Positions 20,036-28,956 of a DNA stretch of 64,000 nt are shown piece by piece; positions within the stretch are counted from its first letter, which is position 1, and the number at the start of each line of letters is the position of its first letter. The position numbers and the translations under genes are program-made. A model generated the notes under the pieces. It had not been told where the DNA came from. It did not search any database and worked only from the letters and a program-made list of their open reading frames with translations. The DNA is taken from the IMG/VR virus record IMGVR_UViG_3300049138_000182, positions 6,113 to 70,112 of that record, one strand, 5' to 3'. The stretch comes from a virus.

Positions 20036-20566
20036 TCAGTGGGACATCGGGGAGTGTTCCCCGTCGTTGTTCTCGGGGCACTCGGCGCTGTCGTCCTCGC
20101 CGTACCACACCCCCGCGAAATTCGGGTGGACGTCTTTCTCGCAGTGACGGCATGTCTTGACGTTCATACCGGCATACCACTCTTCGCACTTCTCCACGAA
20201 GGGGCGCATTGCGTTAGGAAGTTCGATCTTGCCGGTAGCGAGGTCCCGAACGCCGATGTTCAAGTCACCTTCAGGGCCGAAGCCCTTTACCAGGATCTGA
20301 GACGTACCGGGCTGCCAGATGAATTCGACCTCTGCGAGCTCGTAGCGATAGACGACAGCGCCGTCACTGTCACGGCTGAAGAGGTAGCGTCGTGCGTCGC
20401 ACTCGCCGTTAGCGTGGCGTGTCTCGTACAGCGGCTTGCCATTGAGACTGTCCGCAGTAGTTGTCAGGACCTGGACCCCGGCACCCTTGATCTCTTGGCT
20501 GCACCAGCCGCACGTGTAGTTGCCAGCACTCAGCGGCTTGGTCCAGGGGTAGTCAATCTGAAGCAT
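20036..20566 (-). CDS. hypothetical Cys/His-containing protein
   Basis: CCCACACAAGGAAG leader; CGWC, CRHC. Confidence 0.6.
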   Translation of the reverse strand: MLQIDYPWTKPLSAGNYTCGWCSQEIKGAGVQVLTTTADSLNGKPLYETRHANGECDARRYLFSRDSDGAVVYRYELAEVEFIWQPGTSQILVKGFGPEGDLNIGVRDLATGKIELPNAMRPFVEKCEEWYAGMNVKTCRHCEKDVHPNFAGVWYGEDDSAECPENNDGEHSPMSH

Positions 20567-20670
20567 GGTTGTGTCTTCCTTGTGTGGGTTGCCCGAATTT
20601 CGGGCCCAAGCTGACATCCATGCCGCCAGACTCCCCTAGGTCTGGCGGCATGGGGCCGGCTAGGACCGGG

Positions 20671-20985
20671 CTAGCTGTTCTCGACTACGTCCTGGTAGTA
20701 GTGCTCGCCGAGCTCGCGCCGGTCGATGTTGCTGAGCATCTCGCTGAACAACAAGCCCGTGACGCTGCCGTAGTCGTCGGCCAGCCCGCCAGCCTCTTCC
20801 TTGATGAAGTCAACGATGCTTTGGCCAACCGCTTCGTAGTAGTAGGCCGGCTCGTGGTTCCCGGACCGGTCCTCCCAGTCAAACCCCTCATTGTGCAGCG
20901 CGTCACGAGTCGCTTGGTGCGCCCCGTTGTAGCCAGCCTCGACGTTGTCAAGGATCTTGGTAACTTCGCCGGTGTCCATGATCAT
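20671..20985 (-). CDS. acidic hypothetical protein
   Basis: AAGGA RBS. Confidence 0.6.
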   Translation of the reverse strand: MIMDTGEVTKILDNVEAGYNGAHQATRDALHNEGFDWEDRSGNHEPAYYYEAVGQSIVDFIKEEAGGLADDYGSVTGLLFSEMLSNIDRRELGEHYYQDVVENS

Positions 20986-21121
20986 GTCCTTGTCTCGTGG
21001 TGCTCGTAGGGTATCCGCCCTGACCGACAGGGGCAGGGAGGATGCAGCCAGACCTAGCTGACTCCCCGAGACTCCCGGCACCGGCCAAATTTCGGGCCAG
21101 CACGGGAGACCAGGGAGCCGG

Positions 21122-21394
21122 CTAGCTCAGTGCGCCAGCGTTGATGAGGGTGAACAGGCTCTCCGCATATTCGCGGTTGTGGATCTCCGAGCTGTAGGAG
21201 TCCTCGCCGCCCTCCTCCTTTTTGATCACGTAGACGACGCTCGGCTCTTCCAAGTCCGGGAAGAGCGCCGGTAGCTCGAAGGCCAGTAGGTACAGGACTA
21301 CGTCAGCGCCCCGCGAACACCGCTCCGTGCGAAAGGTGATAGCTGGGTTGACGTCGTCCGCCGTGAACCATTCGATCTTGCCGATTGCTGCCAT
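21122..21394 (-). CDS. hypothetical protein
   Basis: CCCACATAAGAGAGG leader. Confidence 0.55.
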   Translation of the reverse strand: MAAIGKIEWFTADDVNPAITFRTERCSRGADVVLYLLAFELPALFPDLEEPSVVYVIKKEEGGEDSYSSEIHNREYAESLFTLINAGALS

Positions 21395-21431
21395 GGTCTT
21401 ACCTCTCTTATGTGGGTGGAAATTCGGGCCG

Positions 21432-21755
21432 CTAGCGCTTTGGCATGCGGTCCATCTCGGATCGGATGTACCGGATCAGGCCGTCAAGCTTCGCCTTACG
21501 TTTGATGACCATGTGTGAGACCGTGTCACTGTGATCGTCCACGGGATAGCGCGTGACGTCCCAATCCCATGGGATCGTGAGATCGGGCTCTAACCCGTCC
21601 GTAGTGGTCGATGCGACCGTGATAATCCATCCGTGCCTACGAATGAAGAGCACGTAGCAGGACCCGCCGAGGTTCTCTAGCACAGCCGGAATTCCGGCGA
21701 GATTGAGATCCCAGAGGACAGAGTCATACTGCTGTCTCAGTTGTTCATAGAACAC
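21432..21755 (-). CDS. hypothetical protein (N-terminus similar to 26177-26761)
   Basis: GIPAVLENLGGSC versus GIPVVVEQTGGFC. Confidence 0.55.
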   Translation of the reverse strand: MFYEQLRQQYDSVLWDLNLAGIPAVLENLGGSCYVLFIRRHGWIITVASTTTDGLEPDLTIPWDWDVTRYPVDDHSDTVSHMVIKRKAKLDGLIRYIRSEMDRMPKR

Positions 21756-21775
21756 TTGCTTGCCTCTCTCGTCGG

Positions 21776-22384
21776 CTAGTTCTCTAGATGCCAGGTCGAA
21801 TTTTCGGCGTGACGCTTGGCGCTGCGTAGGGTGCGGTGGTATGACGCGAACAGATGGATTGGCTTAGTCCGACAGGGAGTGATCCCACGGAAGTCACGAA
21901 GTTGCCACGGCCTTAGAGGATTGGCGAAGGGTCGGAATTGAACTGTGACCATGGCATTGATCGCGGGCCGATCTGCGACATAGTGCAGACCCAGCCGTCT
22001 ACGCTGCCATACCAGCGGCGACACCCTAGCCGTCGGCCATTCCTCCCAGATGATCGAGCGGATGTAGTCGTTATCAACGAGGTATGGCGACGTGTAGTCG
22101 CCTTCTAAGTCGGTGTCGTCGAGAACACCGATTGCGCAACTAGAGTCGATAACTTCAGCGCCCTCGCAGGAGTACCCCTCGTGCTCAGGACATGCCCGAT
22201 AAATAACGTACTCCCATGCGCGGTAATCGCCAGCCGCAAATTTGGCGATATCCGAAGCGTCGTAACAGTCGTACTCGCGCGGGTTGTGATCGTAGTCCTC
22301 TTCGATTCGAACCCGGTACGGCGTGTCTCGGTTCATGAGCTTTCGGCGCTTCTCAGTTACTGCGGTGAATCGCACGTAGGTCAC
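21776..22384 (-). CDS. hypothetical protein
   Basis: CCCACACAAGGAAGG leader. Confidence 0.6.
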   Translation of the reverse strand: MTYVRFTAVTEKRRKLMNRDTPYRVRIEEDYDHNPREYDCYDASDIAKFAAGDYRAWEYVIYRACPEHEGYSCEGAEVIDSSCAIGVLDDTDLEGDYTSPYLVDNDYIRSIIWEEWPTARVSPLVWQRRRLGLHYVADRPAINAMVTVQFRPFANPLRPWQLRDFRGITPCRTKPIHLFASYHRTLRSAKRHAENSTWHLEN

Positions 22385-22479
22385 GGGCTGACCCTTCCTT
22401 GTGTGGGTGTGACTGCACGGTCATAGGAGGGAGCCCGATGCCCCTTTTAATCGGGCTCCCAGCTAAAAACGGGCAGGCG

Positions 22480-22770
22480 CTAGGCGGCCTTCACCCGTAC
22501 GGGTTCCGTAAGTTCCCTGTAGAACTCATCGGCCCGAAGCTTGACCAGCGCATCGGCCATCTCGGCGCATTCGTCGCCTCCCCTGTCGAGAAGCAACATC
22601 AGGAACACCCGTAGGTCCCTGGTCTTGGCCTTCACAGCGATCCGGTAGCCCGCGGCGTCCGTACCGGTCCCGAGCTTCTCGGCTAGCCGGCCTCGCGCTT
22701 CCATGTAAGCGATAACGCCGATCAGTTCCGTAACGTGTAGGTCGGCAAGCTGCCGTACGTCTGCGCGCAT
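22480..22770 (-). CDS. hypothetical protein
   Basis: CCCACACAAGAAAGG leader. Confidence 0.55.
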   Translation of the reverse strand: MRADVRQLADLHVTELIGVIAYMEARGRLAEKLGTGTDAAGYRIAVKAKTRDLRVFLMLLLDRGGDECAEMADALVKLRADEFYRELTEPVRVKAA

Positions 22771-22834
22771 TGGGTGGTGCCTTTCTTGTGTGGGATACAA
22801 GAAAGGGCCCGAGAAATCGGGCCCTAGGATGTTG

Positions 22835-23236
22835 CTAAGAGAACGTCACTTTGAGGTGATAGGACCGACGGGGCCCGAGCATCCACGTGTCGTAATTGAT
22901 CACGCGACCGTTATCAGGTCTCGTCTTCCCGTCAGGGTTAGTCGGGAAAGGATGCAGGCGGATCGATCCTTTACCTACACCGGACACTTCTTTAGCGACA
23001 TCGATCGACCACCCTGCTACGTAGTACGGGGTAACCGTCCTGCTGTCGTCCAAGAGGTAGATTGACTTCAGGGGATACTTGAATATCTCGATGTGCGGAT
23101 CGTGGATCTGGACGCAGTTAATCACAGTCTCCGTGTCATACATCTCCCCTTCCCCGAAACCTTCATTTCGGTTGAATTCACGGTCATCCAGCGCGACCGT
23201 GAATTTGAAGGGGCGCATGGGGGTGTCCTTGGGCAT
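22835..23236 (-). CDS. hypothetical protein
   Basis: Leader motif; lies downstream of hammerhead 1. Confidence 0.55.
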   Translation of the reverse strand: MPKDTPMRPFKFTVALDDREFNRNEGFGEGEMYDTETVINCVQIHDPHIEIFKYPLKSIYLLDDSRTVTPYYVAGWSIDVAKEVSGVGKGSIRLHPFPTNPDGKTRPDNGRVINYDTWMLGPRRSYHLKVTFS

Positions 23237-23269
23237 GACGAAATCGGCCTTTCGCTTGTGTGGGGTGTG

Positions 23270-23343
23270 CGGCTTGCCATCATCAGGGGACAGGTAGCCA
23301 ACCAGTGTCCCGACGGGCCCGAAATTCGGGCCCGTTTCGGCTA
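23270..23343 (-). ncRNA. type II hammerhead ribozyme 1
   Basis: GCC-GAAAC-GGGCCC(GAATTTC)GGGCCC-GTC-GGGACA..TGTCCC-CTGATGA-T-GGC; loop I TGGCT can pair with 3' tail AGCCG. Confidence 0.9.
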
Positions 23344-23868
23344 CGCCCAGTCTTTCGGCAGGATGCCCTTGCCCTTACCGCTAAGCCATTCGTCTAATTC
23401 GGTGAACGTCTCGACGAGGTCCAGCTTGTGGCAGGCGATGAGTGTCATCGTGTCGGGCTTGTTGCTGGCGAACAGCTCTTGCAAGGCTTCGGATGCGTTG
23501 CGCATTACGGCTATAGCCTTATGGGGGTTGAAAATCTCCTCCCAGAGCCATCGCCCGCCACCGATGGTGTAGTAACCATCGGCATCGGGCTCGCAAATCT
23601 CGGGCTCGTAGTTGTCGAGGTCGTGATACTGGCGCTCATCGTGGATGAGCTTGACTCCGTCCCACGTTAACTGCATGCCGTCGTAGGGGTCAGCCTGATG
23701 CGCGGCGTTGAGATCACGGGCGACCCTTTCGGCTACCTCTCGGGTGAAGTATGGGACTACGTAGCCATTCTTACCGGCTGAGCGTCCCGAAATCCGGGCC
23801 GGATAGGGCCCTAACGCGTCCTCGAATCCAACGGTGGTCTCTACCCACTGCGGTGTTTCGTCGGTCAT
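23341..23868 (-). CDS. hypothetical protein, paralog family A
   Basis: PYFTREVAERV...EPDADGYYTIG shared with 25747 and 26848 genes. Confidence 0.65.
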   Translation of the reverse strand: MTDETPQWVETTVGFEDALGPYPARISGRSAGKNGYVVPYFTREVAERVARDLNAAHQADPYDGMQLTWDGVKLIHDERQYHDLDNYEPEICEPDADGYYTIGGGRWLWEEIFNPHKAIAVMRNASEALQELFASNKPDTMTLIACHKLDLVETFTELDEWLSGKGKGILPKDWA

Positions 23869-23940
23869 GGTGGTGTCTCCTCTTGTGTTTTCCAGGCCCG
23901 TAACCAGGTCAGTTACGGGGTATCCAGCGTCGCGAATCCC

Positions 23941-24651
23941 CTAGAGGTACGAGTCACACCATGCACTGAGACCAGGGCGCCATTCAGGACCGTTAGGCCA
24001 GTTGGCGCGGTAGATTCGGCTCGTGTCGTACAGGTACACGTGGGTGCGGCTGACTAGGAGAAAGCCGCATGCTTCGTTCTCGACGTTGACGAACTCGTAG
24101 TTCGCAAGTCCATCGTCTCCGCTGTACGGCCGGATACCGAACTCGTCAGCCCCAGCCATGAATGTCTGAGTGCCTAACTCGCTGGTGTAGCCGAAGGGCT
24201 CGCTTAGTGGTGTGGTGTCGTCCGGCTCATCGTCTTCGTCGTCGTCGGTGATGTGACATGCACGATCGAATTCGACTTCTAGCCACGCGATGAGCTCGGC
24301 CACGGTATCCGCGCGACCGTAGGACACGTGCATGATGTCTTGGTTGGATGCGTGCTCAAGGACAACCCCACGCCTAATGCACATGCTTGACAGCTCTGAA
24401 CGCTTGTCAGGCAGCCCGGACGTCCAATCATTTTCGACGTTGAGACGGGAGATGCTGTACTCCCAGCCAAGGAATTCGAATCGAATGAAGGCGATGAACG
24501 TAGGGGGGCCGTCCACGTGGGGATCTGGCGAGATGCTTTCGGTGATGTCCTTCTGTGCCTCACGTGACCAGTGGCGCCACTCATAGGTCATGGCCCTAAT
24601 GGCATCGAGAATGTCGCTGTACTCACGTTCGAAGTCTTCGACGGATGTCAT
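23941..24651 (-). CDS. acidic hypothetical protein
   Basis: AAAGGAG RBS. Confidence 0.6.
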   Translation of the reverse strand: MTSVEDFEREYSDILDAIRAMTYEWRHWSREAQKDITESISPDPHVDGPPTFIAFIRFEFLGWEYSISRLNVENDWTSGLPDKRSELSSMCIRRGVVLEHASNQDIMHVSYGRADTVAELIAWLEVEFDRACHITDDDEDDEPDDTTPLSEPFGYTSELGTQTFMAGADEFGIRPYSGDDGLANYEFVNVENEACGFLLVSRTHVYLYDTSRIYRANWPNGPEWRPGLSAWCDSYL

Positions 24652-24671
24652 AGACTCGGCTCCTTTCTGGC

Positions 24672-25079
24672 CTAGCTCCACTTGGTCACGGAGTTGAACG
24701 GCTTACCGTCACACGGGATACTCTCGAATTCGGCCGTGACGCGTACGGAGTAGTGTGTATCGCCGATCTTGTAGACGGCAGCACCACCGATGCCGAATGT
24801 CGAGAGGGACCATGTCAGGTCACGATCGGCGATTGACGAGAGGATGGCGCTTGCGTCCGTGCTCTCATCCATGCCGAGACAATCGGGCCGCTCGCCATTC
24901 TCCATAGCAGGCCGGCAGTGCTCACATGACTTGTCATGCTCGTTGGCAGCGCTCTCTTCTACGTCACGCGCCGCATCCCTAAGGAATTCGGCCACTTCCG
25001 TAACGCTCTTGGCGCACTGCACGAATTCATCGGGCAGGCCAACCGTGCCGATGTGATACCGAAGTGCGTTGTCTGTCAT
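24672..25079 (-). CDS. hypothetical protein
   Basis: CCCATACAAGGAAGG leader. Confidence 0.6.
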   Translation of the reverse strand: MTDNALRYHIGTVGLPDEFVQCAKSVTEVAEFLRDAARDVEESAANEHDKSCEHCRPAMENGERPDCLGMDESTDASAILSSIADRDLTWSLSTFGIGGAAVYKIGDTHYSVRVTAEFESIPCDGKPFNSVTKWS

Positions 25080-25110
25080 AGGGCACCTTCCTTGTATGGG
25101 TACTCTGAGC

Positions 25111-25172
25111 CGCTGAGCTCATTACAGGGTCGCTAGTCGATATCGGCTAGCGACCCCATGACGAAATCAGCG
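25111..25172 (-). ncRNA. conserved covarying hairpin motif, copy 1
   Basis: CGCTGA-TTTCGTCATG-GGGTCGCTAG..CTAGCGACCC-TGTAATGAGC-TCAGCG. Confidence 0.6.
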
Positions 25173-25697
25173 CGTGGGGTATGTGCACGCGAGCAAGATA
25201 AGGTCGTCGACCTCCTCACTCAGGTATCGGAACGTCTGCACCTGCTGCATCCAGGAGGGCAGATCGCGCGTGTCCTGCAGCCCATGCCAAGCGGCTCTCT
25301 GATCGTCCGTGGCAAAGCTTGTGTGCTGGGCATGCCCCTGGTTCAGCGTTTCCTTCGAAACGCTGGTAATCCGTTCCCGTGTCTGCTCTGGGTACAGGTG
25401 AGCATCGATGATGGCCACCACCCGATCAGCCGAAAGATCGGCTCCGAACGAGAGCAGCTCTCGATCGTCCTCGCTGCGGTACTCGTCTTCGTCGCGATAC
25501 CAGTTGACTAGCCATGTCTCCGTGCCGTCGGGACGTTCCCCATCTCCCGGTGTGATTCCGAGCAGTGCGTCATCTTCCAGCACGATCCACAGAACGGGGA
25601 TGTTGCTGTCTTTATTTTCGATGTACCACGGAATCTCTTCGGCCCGAATATCGTCCTCGTGTTCCAGCCGTGCGCGCATCGGCTCTAGCCACGTCAT
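25167..25697 (-). CDS. hypothetical protein, paralog family B
   Basis: C-terminal DDLILLACTYP shared with 26177 gene. Confidence 0.65.
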   Translation of the reverse strand: MTWLEPMRARLEHEDDIRAEEIPWYIENKDSNIPVLWIVLEDDALLGITPGDGERPDGTETWLVNWYRDEDEYRSEDDRELLSFGADLSADRVVAIIDAHLYPEQTRERITSVSKETLNQGHAQHTSFATDDQRAAWHGLQDTRDLPSWMQQVQTFRYLSEEVDDLILLACTYPTR

Positions 25698-25746
25698 GGG
25701 TGTACCTTCCTTGTGTGAGTACTCTGAGCTGAGCTCATCTGTTGCC

Positions 25747-26085
25747 TTAGGCGCTTGCCCTAGCGTCTGACCATGAATACCAATTCGCGCCGATGACGTA
25801 GAAGCCATCGGAATCGGGCTGGATCAGTTCCCCTCTATAGTCGTTTGACTCCACTGCTGGAATGATTTCGTAAAGGCGAATCGCGTCACCTTCCCACGTG
25901 AGACGGAATCCGCCGTCAGGATTGAGTGCGAAATCTTGGGCGTTGAGCACGTCAATAACTCGTGACGCAGTCTCACGAGTGAAGCGCGGAGTGACATATC
26001 CACCCCAATGGACATGCTCGATCATTTGTGCGGGGAACGTTTCGTCGATGTCCTCGTGCTTGACGTGTCCGTCGTACCACTGCAT
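25747..26085 (-). CDS. hypothetical protein, paralog family A
   Basis: PRFTRETASRV...QPDSDGFYVIG. Confidence 0.65.
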   Translation of the reverse strand: MQWYDGHVKHEDIDETFPAQMIEHVHWGGYVTPRFTRETASRVIDVLNAQDFALNPDGGFRLTWEGDAIRLYEIIPAVESNDYRGELIQPDSDGFYVIGANWYSWSDARASA

Positions 26086-26118
26086 GGGGTACACCTTCCT
26101 TGTGTGGGTACTCTGAGC

Positions 26119-26182
26119 CGCTGAGCTCATTACAGGGCAGCTAGACGAGATGCCGGCTAGCTGCCCCATGACGAAATCAGCG
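26119..26182 (-). ncRNA. conserved covarying hairpin motif, copy 2
   Basis: Same flanks as copy 1; inner stem GGGCAGCTAG/CTAGCTGCCC shows compensatory change. Confidence 0.6.
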
Positions 26183-26761
26183 CTCGCTTGTCTGACTCTT
26201 GTCCGGGTACGTGCAGGCCAGCAGAATGAGATCGTCGATTTGCTCGGGCGTGTACTGGTACAGACTCACGCGCGTGAGCCACTCGGGAACTGCCCGACTG
26301 TCCCTAAGGGAACCGAAGATCTGCGCCTTCTCGTGGAACCACCCTTTACGGTCAATCCGAAGCCTGCCGGGATTGAGCGTCTCCTCTGAAACACGGGTGA
26401 CTGTTGTTAGGCGTACCTCGGTTGAGTTGGTGTGCGCGCGAATCAGTGCAACGACCCGATCGGAATCAGCGTGCCAGTCCAGCACCGGAGGGTCGATGTC
26501 CTCACGGTCGGGATAGAAGCACACCAGCCACGTTCCGGGCCGGTATTTCTTTTCGTCGTTGTATTCACCGGGCGTGATACCGATGTATTCGGTGTGACCG
26601 TCGTTGAGGTAGACGGTAGCGACCATGCAGAATCCTCCGGTCTGTTCGACCACGACCGGAATACCGAGCTTGCGAAGGTGAGCTGTGATCGGGTCAAGAC
26701 CCTGATCCGTGGCTGCGCTCTTACAGACTTCCTCGTAAGAGCTCGGGGTGTTGTCAGTCAT
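26177..26761 (-). CDS. hypothetical protein, paralog family B
   Basis: GTWLVCFY...RVVALI...VSEETLN...IDDLILLACTYP. Confidence 0.65.
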   Translation of the reverse strand: MTDNTPSSYEEVCKSAATDQGLDPITAHLRKLGIPVVVEQTGGFCMVATVYLNDGHTEYIGITPGEYNDEKKYRPGTWLVCFYPDREDIDPPVLDWHADSDRVVALIRAHTNSTEVRLTTVTRVSEETLNPGRLRIDRKGWFHEKAQIFGSLRDSRAVPEWLTRVSLYQYTPEQIDDLILLACTYPDKSQTSER

Positions 26762-26784
26762 GCTGTGTCCTCTTGTGTGGGGTT

Positions 26785-26850
26785 TGGTCTGCCATCATCA
26801 GGCGCGTGTGACCATTCACGCGCGACGGGCCCTAGGGCCCGTTTCGGCTA
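26785..26850 (-). ncRNA. type II hammerhead ribozyme 2
   Basis: GCC-GAAAC-GGGCCCTAGGGCCC-GTC-GCGCGTG(AATGGTCA)CACGCGC-CTGATGA-T-GGC-AGACCA; pseudoknot TGGTC/GACCA. Confidence 0.9.
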
Positions 26851-27366
26851 GGGGTTGAGATCGAGAACACGCACCATGTCGAACGGAGAATCGTCTAGGC
26901 GCTCGGAACCGCCTAGGCATTCGGCGATCGTGTCAGGGTCCGGAGACCAGCCACAGGGGGCAAGTAGCCGCGCGTCGTTTCGCTTCAGCGCGTCTCTTAC
27001 CGCAGTCTCGACGCTTTCGGCGTCATGCTTGGGAACGATGACTACCGCTGTGAGAGCGATGATCTCGACCTCTTCCCAACCCCATGCATTGATCGCGTAC
27101 ATGTCGTCAGAATCCGGCTCGATGTGCACGGGTCCGTCGACGTCGCCCGTGATAACGCTGTCGTCAGACCAGCGCAGATACTGACCATTGCCATACGTCG
27201 CGTTCGATTCGTCGACGATACGCCTAGCCGTCTCGGCGTTGAATCGCGCCTTGACGGTGGTGTAGTTCGCCGCTCGCGTCTCACTGCCTACGAGAATTTC
27301 GGCGGGATACCACCTACGCTCTTCGCCGCTGTCGACGCTGACGAATCCCTTACGGTACTCAGTCAT
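26848..27366 (-). CDS. hypothetical protein, paralog family A
   Basis: ARFNAETARRI...EPDSDDMYAIN. Confidence 0.65.
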   Translation of the reverse strand: MTEYRKGFVSVDSGEERRWYPAEILVGSETRAANYTTVKARFNAETARRIVDESNATYGNGQYLRWSDDSVITGDVDGPVHIEPDSDDMYAINAWGWEEVEIIALTAVVIVPKHDAESVETAVRDALKRNDARLLAPCGWSPDPDTIAECLGGSERLDDSPFDMVRVLDLNP

Positions 27367-27448
27367 GGTGTGCCTCTCCTGTGTGGGTAGTCCTAGGCGT
27401 AGCGCACTAGGCCATGGCAAAGGGCCCGTGAAACTCACGGGCCCTTCA

Positions 27449-27757
27449 CTAAAGCCGTGCGAGTACAGACGCTAGATCGCGACCGTCAAAGAACGTCACT
27501 TCTGCGAAAGTCGCGAGATCGAATACTTTCCCAGTCTCGACCTTGTGCAATGACTGGTTGAATGATGCGTGCATGCCGGAACCGGGAAGTCCGAGCATGG
27601 AGCCGTTGGGAAGCTGGTAACCCTCGTACTTGACGTAGAGAGTTCCAAACTCCTTACTCTCCCAGATTCCGTACGCGTCTTGCCGACGGTCGGAACTGCG
27701 AGGTTTCGAAAGCGCCTTACCAATTCGCTTGTACGGGTCCATGTAACGGTCATGCAT
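27449..27757 (-). CDS. hypothetical protein
   Basis: CCCACACAAGAGAGAAAGG leader. Confidence 0.6.
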   Translation of the reverse strand: MHDRYMDPYKRIGKALSKPRSSDRRQDAYGIWESKEFGTLYVKYEGYQLPNGSMLGLPGSGMHASFNQSLHKVETGKVFDLATFAEVTFFDGRDLASVLARL

Positions 27758-27845
27758 GGTTGAGCCTTTCTCTCTTGTGTGGGTGACGTCAGTTCACTAC
27801 CGGGCCCGCATTCCCCGAATTTCGGGCCCGACTAGTCAGCTAAGG

Positions 27846-28235
27846 TCACTCCGCATCGCTGTTGTATTCCATTTCCTCTGTAAGTACATCGGGGGCGACT
27901 CTGTCCCAACCGGCTTGAGCGCCACGTTCCCCGCACTTACGTGCGTAGGTCTTAAGGCAACGAAGCATTTCGACGTTCTGGGCAGCGGTGCCTAGATCCT
28001 TGACTGTCTCGTCAGCGTCGAAATGCTGCGGACTAGACTTGACAACGCGAATTTCGGCGTCAATCTCTGCGAAGAGATCCGGAGTAACGGTCCCCGTTGA
28101 ATTGAGCCGGAGAAAGCCGATGTTGCTAGAGCTAATCCAGCCTGCTGCAATGCCCTTTGCAGTGCCGTCATAGATTGGCGTGTCGGTGCGCTTTGCACGA
28201 GCCACGTCAGCCATGATCAGATCGAGAGTATTCAT
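27846..28235 (-). CDS. hypothetical protein (weakly similar to 29327-29656)
   Basis: A..IA..W.S...RL...G.(V/I)T pattern. Confidence 0.55.
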   Translation of the reverse strand: MNTLDLIMADVARAKRTDTPIYDGTAKGIAAGWISSSNIGFLRLNSTGTVTPDLFAEIDAEIRVVKSSPQHFDADETVKDLGTAAQNVEMLRCLKTYARKCGERGAQAGWDRVAPDVLTEEMEYNSDAE

Positions 28236-28272
28236 AAATCGACACCTTCCGTGTGTAGGGAATGAGAACAGC

Positions 28273-28331
28273 ATTGATCTCATTACAGGGTCGCTAGCCG
28301 TGCCGGCTAGCGACCCAATGACAAGATCAAT
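28273..28331 (-). ncRNA. conserved covarying hairpin motif, copy 3
   Basis: ATTGATCTTGTCATT-GGGTCGCTAGCCG(GCA)CGGCTAGCGACCC-TGTAATGAGATCAAT; outer stem differs but still pairs. Confidence 0.6.
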
Positions 28332-28506
28332 CCCGCTTGTCGTACTTCCATGAGCCGAGCTTGTTACCGTTGCTGCAGCGAATCACGCCACCCGTATAAC
28401 CGTCGAACACGTCGCCCGTGATTTTCTTCAGAATTTCGGCGATCTCTCCGGAGTCGTGTGGGTCATCGAACGCCGAACCGGTTACTTCAAACTCAAGCTT
28501 GAACAT
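28327..28506 (-). CDS. small hypothetical protein (59 aa, MFKLEFEVTGSAF...)
   Basis: CCCACACAAGAGGA leader; too short for the ORF track. Confidence 0.6.
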   Translation of the reverse strand: MFKLEFEVTGSAFDDPHDSGEIAEILKKITGDVFDGYTGGVIRCSNGNKLGSWKYDKRD

Positions 28507-28529
28507 GCTGTGTCCTCTTGTGTGGGTTG

Positions 28530-28596
28530 CTGGTCTGCCATCATCAGGTATGCGCGACCAATCACATACGACGGGCCCTAGGGCCCGTTTCGGCTA
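28530..28596 (-). ncRNA. type II hammerhead ribozyme 3
   Basis: GCC-GAAAC-GGGCCCTAGGGCCC-GTC-GTATGTG(ATTGGTCG)CGCATAC-CTGATGA-T-GGC-AGACCAG. Confidence 0.9.
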
Positions 28597-28938
28597 TCCC
28601 GCCATGTGGCGGACTATCGCACCGGTTTCTGTCTTGCTCCGTACGCTGAAACTGTAAAGCGTGCCTGCCCCGAGGTAGTCGATTCCCTTACGCATAAGGG
28701 CAGCGAACCTACGGAATTCAGCAGTAGACGTGTCACATTCGATACGACACGCGTTGTTTCCGGAGGGGAAGAGTTTGACGTCCGCACCGACCGTGCGTGC
28801 GCCGATTTCGACAGCACGCATGACGCGCTGGATATCGGCACACGGGTGACAGAAAAAATCTTTTGGACCGGTTGGCTTCATTGGCTTACCACACAGACCG
28901 GAGTCGGTTTCGGACCACCTAATGTGTTTGCGTGCCAT
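28594..28938 (-). CDS. hypothetical protein with N-terminal H/C motif
   Basis: H...LCG...CHPC; AAAGG RBS. Confidence 0.6.
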   Translation of the reverse strand: MARKHIRWSETDSGLCGKPMKPTGPKDFFCHPCADIQRVMRAVEIGARTVGADVKLFPSGNNACRIECDTSTAEFRRFAALMRKGIDYLGAGTLYSFSVRSKTETGAIVRHMAG

Positions 28939-28956
28939 GGTGTTTACCTTTCTTTG

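Noticed and set aside
25111-25172. Match of the hairpin motif to twister, pistol, hatchet or hairpin ribozymes
   Set aside because: Their conserved core nucleotides are not visible by eye; kept as an unknown motif
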